From an uncultured Methanosarcinales archaeon (lineage in GTDB: Archaea > Nanobdellota > Nanobdellia > Woesearchaeales > CAZKBD01): 47,973 nucleotides of DNA. Positions 41,025-47,973 of the stretch are shown in pieces. The stretch covers positions 1 through 47,973 of the forward strand of contig CAZKBD010000004.1 of the NCBI GenBank assembly GCA_964550945.1. Direction: 5' to 3'. The position numbers and the translations under genes were made by a program. A model generated the notes under the pieces. The model had not been told where the DNA came from, searched no databases, and saw nothing but the letters and a program-made list of their open reading frames with translations. Position 1 is the first letter of the stretch; each line of letters begins with the position of its first letter.

Positions 41025-41915
41025 ATGGAAACTATGCCTACAGATAAAATTCTGCAGCTTATGAGGCTAAGGGGCCCTGTCCTGCCAGTGCATGCCGCAA
41101 AAGCGATCGAGAGCAACATTATGATGGCTTCTGCTCATTTGTCAGATCTAGCTTCAAGAAAACAAGTCCTTATTTCGAGCATTAAAGTTGGCAGCTCGCC
41201 ATTATACTACCTTCCTGGCCAAGAGGCAAGGCTTCAGGAATTTACAAACAATCTGCACGAAAAAGAAAAAAAAGCTTACGATCTGATAAGGCAAAAAAGA
41301 ATATTAAAAGATTCTGATTTAGATCCAGTTTTTAGGGTGGCAATGAGGCAGATAAAGGATTTTGCAGTGCCTTTGGAAGTCATTCATAACGAAAATAAAG
41401 AGATATTTTGGAAGTGGTATCTAACATCCAACCAAGATGCAGAATCTTTGATAAAAGAGATGATTATCCCGCAAGAAACAAAAATCGAGGAGAAAAAAGA
41501 AGCCATCCAGGAAGAAAAAATACCAGAAACAAAACCAAAGGAGATACAGAAGGAGATTTTCAAAGAGGAAAAGCCAAAAGAGCAAAAATTGCCTAAAAAA
41601 GAGCCAGACGATTTATTTTTTACAAAGATCAACAACTATTTTAACAGAAATAAAATCAGGATTATTGAAAAAGAAGTTGTAAAAAAAGGCTCTGAAATTG
41701 ATTTTATCATCTCAATCCCAAGTTCTATTGGAGAGCTTGCTTATTTTTGCAAAGCAAGAGCAAAAAAACGCATAAATGATAATGATTTAAGCAACGCTTT
41801 TGTCAAAGGCCAATTGAAAAAGCTGCCTGTTTTGTTTTTGACTGATGGCGAGCTGACAACTAAGGCAAAAGAGATTTTAGAGAGGGACTTCAAAATGCAT
41901 TTCAAGCAGATTTAA
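41025..41915 (+). CDS. Hypothetical protein: N-terminal winged-helix-like domain, K/E-rich linker, C-terminal nuclease-fold-like domain
   Basis: N-terminus ILQLMRLRGPVLPVHAAKAIE...SSPLYYLPGQ, a low-complexity EEKKEAIQEEKIPETKPKE linker, and a C-terminal GSEIDFIISIP...YFCKARAKK (D...xK-like). Confidence 0.35.
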   Translation: METMPTDKILQLMRLRGPVLPVHAAKAIESNIMMASAHLSDLASRKQVLISSIKVGSSPLYYLPGQEARLQEFTNNLHEKEKKAYDLIRQKRILKDSDLDPVFRVAMRQIKDFAVPLEVIHNENKEIFWKWYLTSNQDAESLIKEMIIPQETKIEEKKEAIQEEKIPETKPKEIQKEIFKEEKPKEQKLPKKEPDDLFFTKINNYFNRNKIRIIEKEVVKKGSEIDFIISIPSSIGELAYFCKARAKKRINDNDLSNAFVKGQLKKLPVLFLTDGELTTKAKEILERDFKMHFKQI

Positions 41916-41952
41916 TGGTAATTAAACAATAAATGATGGTCGATTATTAAAG

Positions 41953-42987
41953 ATGGGTGTTGCAATAACCGAGCTTCTGGTAAAAAAAGAGATCGAGATA
42001 GACAGTCTTAAAGGCAAGATCATATGCATTGATGCCCCACTTTTTCTTTACCAGTTCCTAACGACTATCAGGAGCAGGGATGGGAGCTTGCTCATGGACA
42101 GCAAAGGAAATGTCACTTCTCATCTGACTGGGCTTTTTACCAGGACCGCTAATCTTATGCAGAAAGGCCTTAAATTAGTTTATGTTTTTGACGGCAAGGT
42201 TCCAGACCTAAAAAAAGAAGAAAGAGCAAAAAGAAAAGAGCTGAAACTAGAGGCTGCAAAGAAATTTGAGGAAGCAAAGAAAAAAGAGGATTTGGATGAG
42301 ATGAAGAAATATGCGGCAAGAACCTCTAGGCTGACTGGAGAGATGATCGAAGAAGCCCAGAAACTGATTAAGGCTTTTGGGATTCCTGTTGTTGAAGGAG
42401 CTAGCGAGGGAGAGGCGCAGGCCGCTTATATTGTTAAAAATAATGATGCTTATGCAGTAGCTTCCCAGGATGCTGATTGCCTTATGTTTGGCGCTCCTCG
42501 CTTGATAAGAAATCTGTCAATAGCTGGAAAAAAGAAAAAAGCAAATGTATTGAGCTATGAAAAGGTTATGCCTGAATTCGTTGATTTATCTGAAAATCTA
42601 AACAATTTAGGGATTGACAATGACCAGCTCATTGCTTTAGGCATGCTTGTCGGAACTGATTACAATAATGGGGGAATTAAAGGCATCGGGCCAAAAAATG
42701 CTTTGAAGCTGGTTAAGCAATATGGGAAGGATTTTGACAGCCTGTTTAAAGACGTAAAATGGAACGATTATTTTGGTTATCCCTGGCAGGAAGTTTTCAA
42801 TTTGATAAAAAATATGGGGGTAAAAAGAGATTATGAATTGAAATGGCATAAAATTGATATTGAAAAGATAAAAGAGCTTTTAGTAGAGGAGCACGATTTC
42901 AGCCACGAGAGAGTTGAGTCTGTTTTGGGCAGATTTAAGGAAGATAAAGAAGAGAAAAAACAGAAAGGGCTTGGAGAGTTTATGTAA
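41953..42987 (+). CDS. fen: Flap endonuclease 1
   Basis: MGVAITELL, IDAPLFLYQFL, ASEGEAQAAY, SQDADCLMFGAP, and the H3TH motif GTDYNNGGIKGIGPKNALKL. Confidence 0.92.
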   Translation: MGVAITELLVKKEIEIDSLKGKIICIDAPLFLYQFLTTIRSRDGSLLMDSKGNVTSHLTGLFTRTANLMQKGLKLVYVFDGKVPDLKKEERAKRKELKLEAAKKFEEAKKKEDLDEMKKYAARTSRLTGEMIEEAQKLIKAFGIPVVEGASEGEAQAAYIVKNNDAYAVASQDADCLMFGAPRLIRNLSIAGKKKKANVLSYEKVMPEFVDLSENLNNLGIDNDQLIALGMLVGTDYNNGGIKGIGPKNALKLVKQYGKDFDSLFKDVKWNDYFGYPWQEVFNLIKNMGVKRDYELKWHKIDIEKIKELLVEEHDFSHERVESVLGRFKEDKEEKKQKGLGEFM

Positions 42988-43004
42988 TCGTATTTTTTAC
43001 GATT
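42986..43004 (+). terminator. Hairpin with T-rich loop at the fen stop
   Basis: AATCGTA-TTTTT-TACGATT begins inside the TAA stop codon. The T-tract could act as an archaeal terminator. Confidence 0.35.
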
Positions 43005-43017
43005 ATCACCATTCTAC

Positions 43018-43036
43018 AATAGAAACATTTAAATAT
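43018..43036 (+). promoter_or_regulatory. BRE/TATA element AATAGAAACATTTAAATAT upstream of fba-pfp
   Basis: Identical to 37782-37800. Two more TATA-like boxes lie at 43061-43068 and 43073-43080. Confidence 0.5.
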
Positions 43037-43101
43037 TCCAAAGATTTTTATTCATTAAACTTTATATAAATTTTATATAAAAATTACGGAGGGTGGGAAA
43101 A

Positions 43102-44316
43102 ATGGCAGAACAGCAAGTACAATTATATTCTATGGTGCCTTTATTGCAGGCTGCAGAGCAAAAATCATTGCAAACAAGTTTTGGATCAGCTATAGGCGCT
43201 TATAATGTTAATTTCTATGCACAAGCTGCAGGAATATTAAGAGGTTTAAATGAAACTGATGCGCCAGGCATAATCCAGGCAAGCAGCGGAGCAAACAAAT
43301 TCCAAGGTGGTCCTTCTTATATTCGTGATATTGTGATGTTAGCTATGGCAGATAGGGGCGTTAAAGTTCCTGTTGCATTGCATCTAGACCATGGGACAGA
43401 AGAAGCTGCACAAAAATGTGTTGATGACGGATTTAGTTCTGTGATGATTGATGCGTCAAGCAATCCATTCGAAACAAACATAGATATCACAAAGAGAGTT
43501 GTAGAATATGCTCATAGTAAAGGGGTGAGTGTTGAAGGGGAATATGGTTTATTGGCTGGTGTAGAAGAAGAGGTTCAACACGCAAAATCAGTTTATGCAG
43601 ACCCTAAAAGAGTGGCTGCTTTCTTTGTTATGACTGGTGCAGACGCATTAGCAGCTGCTTATGGAACTTCACATGGACCTAATAAGGGCAAGACAGATGC
43701 GCTTAGCTTGCAAACTGTTAATGGCAGTTATAGGGCGATGGTTGGAAGCGGCTTAAATTTGAATCATTTCTTAGTAAGCCATGGTTCTTCTTCAGTTCCC
43801 TTTAGTTTTGTAGCAGTTATAAACCTCTATGGAGGAGCTTTGAAGGATACTAGTGGTGTGCCAGAATATATGGTGGTCAGAGCAATCCAACTAGGCATGA
43901 GAAAAGTCAATATTGATACTGACCTAAGGTTAGCTATGACTGGGGAAGCGAGAAAATGGCTTTACGAGAATCCAGAAGCCCATAATGGATCAGAACTAGT
44001 TGCTATGATAAAAGGGGCTCTTGATGGCACTATAGTGGCTTATGATAAAAGCGGCAAGGTTGTTCCAGCTGAAGGCATTACTGATCCAAGAAGCTGGTTA
44101 GACTCCATAGCCAAAAAAGATCCAGCAATCTTAAGAAAAAATTACGAAGAAACTGGAGATGAACAGTTTATAGAACTCATGGGGATTGTAGAAACTACTG
44201 TTGCAAAACACGTTGCACATTTGAACAAAGTGTTCGGTTCAGCTGGGTTGGCAGAAAGAGTGGATATGAGTTTGACTTTAGAACAAATGGCAGAACAATA
44301 CAAAAAAGCAGATTAA
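43102..44316 (+). CDS. fba: Class II (metal-dependent) fructose/ketose-bisphosphate aldolase, long form
   Basis: ALHLDHG, VEGEYG, GTSHG, VSHGSSSVP, NIDTDLR. GGAGGGTG lies upstream of the ATG at 43102; the tracked start is GTG 43093. Confidence 0.85.
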   Translation: MAEQQVQLYSMVPLLQAAEQKSLQTSFGSAIGAYNVNFYAQAAGILRGLNETDAPGIIQASSGANKFQGGPSYIRDIVMLAMADRGVKVPVALHLDHGTEEAAQKCVDDGFSSVMIDASSNPFETNIDITKRVVEYAHSKGVSVEGEYGLLAGVEEEVQHAKSVYADPKRVAAFFVMTGADALAAAYGTSHGPNKGKTDALSLQTVNGSYRAMVGSGLNLNHFLVSHGSSSVPFSFVAVINLYGGALKDTSGVPEYMVVRAIQLGMRKVNIDTDLRLAMTGEARKWLYENPEAHNGSELVAMIKGALDGTIVAYDKSGKVVPAEGITDPRSWLDSIAKKDPAILRKNYEETGDEQFIELMGIVETTVAKHVAHLNKVFGSAGLAERVDMSLTLEQMAEQYKKAD

Positions 44317-44370
44317 TTTTTTTATTTCAAATTAAAAAACACAAAAACAAACCAAAAGGGTGAATGGGAA

Positions 44371-45753
44371 ATGGCTGTTAAAAGGATTATTGTTGCAGAA
44401 TCTGGTGGACCAACACCAGTGATTGATTGGGAAGTTGCAGGAGCGCTAGCTGCAGCGCAAAAACACGGCATAGAAGTCTTTGGAGCTATGAATGGTATTG
44501 AAGGCATGATTTATGCAAATGTTCCTGGCAATATTGTTGATTTAACCAAAGCAAACCCCATGGAATTTGTTTACAATGGCCCAGGAGCTGGATTAAGAAC
44601 AACAAGAAACGGGCCTAAAGAACACGATTTTAAAGGCGCTATGAAGGTAGGAGTAAGAAATTTAGTTGAATTGGGCGTTGATGGAATGGCGTATATCGGA
44701 GGAAACGATTCTGCTGAGGTACTAGATCAGGTTAGGGAAAACGCGCAAGAGCTTAAAGATTTAGGCGAACTTCTTCTAAACTCCATTTTAGGAATACATG
44801 CAATAAAAACAGTTGATAATGACCTTCCAGGAACACACCACTCTCCTGGCTGGGCTTCAATGTCGTTATTTAATGCAGCAGCAATAAAATATGTGCAATC
44901 TGACTTCTCTTCATACAGATTAATTGGAAATGTTTATGGCCCAGATGGAAATATCCTGACAGGCCAGGTGTTAAATGCACCAGTACTCATATACCAAGTA
45001 ATGGGAAGAAAATGCGGCTATGGGGCTATCGGCACAACATTTGCTAAAATGGACCCAATGGGGCAAATAGACCCAGACAAACCACCCCATATAGTTTTGA
45101 ATCAGGAGCATATTTTTGAACAAAGGGAGTTTTTAGATGCAGTTGAACAGGCAATAACCTCCTATGGGGAATGTGTAATCGCTGTTCAAGAAGACTTGAC
45201 AGATAGAAACGGAAAGTCGTTAGCAGTATTATATGCAGATAAAAACGCACAAATAGACGCCCATGGTAATATCCAACACGGGAGAGCAGATTCGTTTTCC
45301 GTTGCGATATTCTTATCTCAATTGATTCAAAAAAATCTTGGCCAGGCTTCGCGAATAACCAAACTTAAGGACACAGTAATCGTTCCTCAACATCTTCAAA
45401 GGAGTTATGCTTTGTCCATGGTTGATGCAAGTGAAGCTTATATGATTGGTTATGCTGCTGTTGAGGCTTTAGTTGCAGGGGAAACCGGCAAGTCAGTCAT
45501 TTTGCAAAAAACAGGAAGCGGCCAAATGACTACAGCCTTGCAGGATTTAAGCGTTATTGCGGGCAAAGCATCAACTGTTCCAGCAGAATATTTCACTCCA
45601 TTAAGAGGAGGCACACAAGCATTTGTAGACGAATTTGTCTATCTGATTGGTGGGCCATGCGCTATACCTCATTTTGCAAGGCCAAGATTTCCAGCCGTAA
45701 CAATTCCAGCATCAATAACTGCTGCCCCATACGCAAAACCACCAAAAAAATAA
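44371..45753 (+). CDS. pfp: Phosphofructokinase-family enzyme, predicted PPi-dependent
   Basis: AESGGPTPVI, YIGGNDS (Asp at the position equivalent to E. coli PfkA 104), IKTVDNDL (Lys at the position equivalent to 124), VMGRKCGY. Confidence 0.8.
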   Translation: MAVKRIIVAESGGPTPVIDWEVAGALAAAQKHGIEVFGAMNGIEGMIYANVPGNIVDLTKANPMEFVYNGPGAGLRTTRNGPKEHDFKGAMKVGVRNLVELGVDGMAYIGGNDSAEVLDQVRENAQELKDLGELLLNSILGIHAIKTVDNDLPGTHHSPGWASMSLFNAAAIKYVQSDFSSYRLIGNVYGPDGNILTGQVLNAPVLIYQVMGRKCGYGAIGTTFAKMDPMGQIDPDKPPHIVLNQEHIFEQREFLDAVEQAITSYGECVIAVQEDLTDRNGKSLAVLYADKNAQIDAHGNIQHGRADSFSVAIFLSQLIQKNLGQASRITKLKDTVIVPQHLQRSYALSMVDASEAYMIGYAAVEALVAGETGKSVILQKTGSGQMTTALQDLSVIAGKASTVPAEYFTPLRGGTQAFVDEFVYLIGGPCAIPHFARPRFPAVTIPASITAAPYAKPPKK

Positions 45754-45791
45754 GCAATCTTTATTAACCCACTTTCTTTTTTATTTGTTTG

Positions 45792-46607
45792 ATGAAACTA
45801 AAAGAAGCGCTAAAGGGAAAACTGACTGAAAAACAGCTCTCTTTAGTTCCATCATCTTTTGATGTTGTCGGCGATATTATGATATTCGCGGATTTTCCCA
45901 AAGGGCTTGTGAAGAAAGAGAAACTTATCGGAAATGAGATCTTAAAGCTTTTTAAGAATATTAAGGTCGTCTGCAAGAAAACAAAAAAATACTCTGGAAG
46001 GTACAGGTTGCCAAAATTAAAAATAATCGCAGGCGAAAAAAGAAAAGAAACGGTTTACCGAGAAAATAACATCCAATTGAAATTAAATGTTGAAAACGTA
46101 TATTTTTCTCCCAGACTGTCAAACGAAAGGAAAAGAATCAACAATTTAATCAAAAAAAACGAGTCTGTTTTAGTCATGTTCTCTGGCTGTGCTGTTTATC
46201 CAATAAATATCGCGAAAAACACAAAAGCTAAAGAAATTTATGGCATTGAGATAAATCCGGTTGCGCACGAATATGCAGAAGAAAATGCAAGATTAAATAA
46301 AACGAAAAACATACGCTTGTTTTTAGGCAATGTTCAAAAAGTGATTCCCAACTTAGACAAGAAATTCGACAGGATTCTGATGCCCTTGCCAAAAGGAGCT
46401 GAGAAGTTCTTAGATTTGGCTTTAAAGGTTATCAAGAAACAAGGAACAATACACCTTTACACCTTTTTAGAGGAAGAAAATATAAACAAGAAATATATTG
46501 AGGATCATCTGAAAAAATACATCAAAACATTCAAAATTCTGGATTTTGTAAAATGCGGGGCATTTGGGCCGAGAATATTTCGGGTTTGCGTTGATTTTAG
46601 AACATAA
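45792..46607 (+). CDS. Trm5/Taw2-type (Met-10+ like) SAM-dependent tRNA methyltransferase
   Basis: SSFDVVGDIMIF, SAM motif VLVMFSGCAVYPINIAK, EINPVAHEYAEENARLNK, FDRILMPLP. An ATG at 45792 immediately follows the tracked TTG at 45789. Confidence 0.75.
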   Translation: MKLKEALKGKLTEKQLSLVPSSFDVVGDIMIFADFPKGLVKKEKLIGNEILKLFKNIKVVCKKTKKYSGRYRLPKLKIIAGEKRKETVYRENNIQLKLNVENVYFSPRLSNERKRINNLIKKNESVLVMFSGCAVYPINIAKNTKAKEIYGIEINPVAHEYAEENARLNKTKNIRLFLGNVQKVIPNLDKKFDRILMPLPKGAEKFLDLALKVIKKQGTIHLYTFLEEENINKKYIEDHLKKYIKTFKILDFVKCGAFGPRIFRVCVDFRT

Positions 46608-46720
46608 AGCGTACGCTCTGCAGTTACTCCATATCTCATCGTTGCCTCGATTGGTGTTCACTTCATCATCGCGTACAAAATGAGAAGAAGCAAGCGATGT
46701 TTTTAAACTTTCTCAAAAAA

Positions 46721-46728
46721 TTTATATA
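46721..46728 (+). promoter_or_regulatory. TATA box (TTTATATA) for the 46751 operon
   Basis: It ends 23 nt before the ATG at 46751. Confidence 0.45.
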
Positions 46729-46750
46729 CTAGCTTCATTTATGCAGTTTC

Positions 46751-47299
46751 ATGTTTGATTTGGAAAAAGAGCTGAAAGAACTTCCGCAAAATTCTATTGC
46801 TTTAATCCTTGTAAGCACAGACGCATATGCGCAAACCAATATCCGAATATTAGATATTTTCGTCAATAAAAGAAAAATGCCTGGAATATACATCACAGTA
46901 AACAAGCCTTATAAAACAATAGTGCCCTATCTTGAGCAAAAAGGAATCAACACAAAAAAGCTCTTTTTCATTGACTTGATAACCAGCGAGATAAGCGAAG
47001 CAACAGAAAAGATTGACAACTGCTTGTTTATGGAAAGCCCAAAGTCATTAACTGACTTGAGCATAGCCTTAAGTGAAGCAGTAAAATCCATGCCAGGAGA
47101 TAAGTTTATATTCCTAGACACCTTGTCAACATTACTAGTCTATAACCAATTGACTACTGTAACAAAATTTGCACATTTTTTAACAAGCAAGATGAGGCAA
47201 TGGGACATTAATGGATTGTTGGTCTCAATGGAAAAAGAGACAGATCCTAATCTTCAGGCGCAGTTAGCGCAATTTTGCGATAAGGTCATAACTTTATGA
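46751..47299 (+). CDS. RecA/KaiC-superfamily-like protein lacking a Walker A motif
   Basis: Beta-strand/loop layout ALILVSTDAYAQ (no GxxGxGKT) with a Walker-B-like KFIFLDTLSTLL. The call is architecture-level only. Confidence 0.35.
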   Translation: MFDLEKELKELPQNSIALILVSTDAYAQTNIRILDIFVNKRKMPGIYITVNKPYKTIVPYLEQKGINTKKLFFIDLITSEISEATEKIDNCLFMESPKSLTDLSIALSEAVKSMPGDKFIFLDTLSTLLVYNQLTTVTKFAHFLTSKMRQWDINGLLVSMEKETDPNLQAQLAQFCDKVITL

Positions 47300-47622
47300 T
47301 AGAACAAATATTGCTCTCTGTTGGGATAATCGCCTTAGGTGTTAATATATTTGGTTTCTTCAGGTTATTAAATGCCAAAAAGGCATTTTTGTCTGGATGG
47401 TACCAGACCATAATAAGAGGGGTATTCTTTATTGTTGGTTTCCTGGTTTTATTTATTTTAGTTGATGTTTTGGCTGATTACGTCTTTTATTTCACAAATG
47501 ACATTGAATTATACAAAAACCTTAACTTGGCATTGTTTATTGCGGCTTTGTTGACAACATTAAGCCTGGTCATTATATCTTTGATAAATATAAAAATAGC
47601 AAAGGAGCATGGCTTTAAATAA
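47296..47622 (+). CDS. Small 3-TM membrane protein
   Basis: Three hydrophobic helices. Its start overlaps the upstream stop (ATGA at 47296-47299). Confidence 0.5.
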   Translation: MIEQILLSVGIIALGVNIFGFFRLLNAKKAFLSGWYQTIIRGVFFIVGFLVLFILVDVLADYVFYFTNDIELYKNLNLALFIAALLTTLSLVIISLINIKIAKEHGFK

Positions 47623-47965
47623 AATGGACTATCATTTAATCTTGGCTGGAGCATCATTGATATTTGTGTTAGCTTCATTTATCCTGATGCACGTAAGCAA
47701 TAGGAAGTTTACAGAAGGCTATTTCAAGAGTTACATGGATGTTGTTGTTTTGAGCGGCACTTTCATGAGCATTTACCTTCTTGCCAGCCTTGTATCAAAG
47801 CTCGAATTAGCCCACCTCTCTCCTTACAGGGAGATTATTAAGATTGCAGCTTATACAATCATAGGTATAGCCTCGCTGCTGCTGATAAAATCCTCTATTC
47901 TATTGGATAAGATGTCAAAAAAATACAGTTTCAAGGAAAAAAAGTTTTTTAAGCAGTTCAATTAG
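47609..47965 (+). CDS. Small 3-TM membrane protein
   Basis: Three hydrophobic helices and a basic tail. It overlaps the preceding ORF by 14 nt. Confidence 0.5.
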   Translation: MALNKMDYHLILAGASLIFVLASFILMHVSNRKFTEGYFKSYMDVVVLSGTFMSIYLLASLVSKLELAHLSPYREIIKIAAYTIIGIASLLLIKSSILLDKMSKKYSFKEKKFFKQFN

Positions 47966-47973
47966 CGTATTGC

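Noticed and set aside
43004-43009. TATCAC, a half-site of the Thermococcales glycolytic TrmB motif (TATCAC-N5-GTGATA), upstream of fba.
   Set aside because: The second half-site is absent (TACAAT follows after N5). A single hexamer is expected by chance.

Overview
This is an AT-rich, tightly packed archaeal chromosomal segment. Most gaps are under 150 bp and several gene junctions overlap (ATGA type). The backbone is information processing: Topo VI A/B, Orc1/Cdc6 beside a recognisable ORB-DUE-ORB replication origin, PolD small and large subunits, MCM, an RPA2-like OB-fold protein, FEN1, Hjc, TBP, aIF2-beta, RNase P Rpp30, RNase Z, tRNA-splicing endonuclease, Trm5-type and PP-loop tRNA modifiers, and a RIO kinase. 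Two replication genes (top6B, mcm) carry in-frame LAGLIDADG inteins inserted in their ATP-binding motifs. Metabolism is limited to an orphan citramalate/isopropylmalate synthase and a bacterial-looking class II FBA plus PPi-type PFK pair near a TrmB regulator. An accessory, surface-oriented component is interspersed. It includes a Cys-rich Kazal-like secreted protein, a membrane-tethered wHTH protein, a 956-aa tail-fibre-like repeat protein, and a 639-aa unknown secreted protein translationally coupled to an untracked 44-aa RHH regulator. It also includes a ~2-kb cassette (COG1373 ATPase + RelE toxin-antitoxin) bracketed by duplicated 3' ends of the tail-fibre-type gene. I found no rRNA, tRNA or CRISPR array. 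The gene content and style would fit a small-genome DPANN-type archaeon, but that is inference only. All homology statements come from reading motifs by eye and from memory of family consensus patterns; no database search was run.
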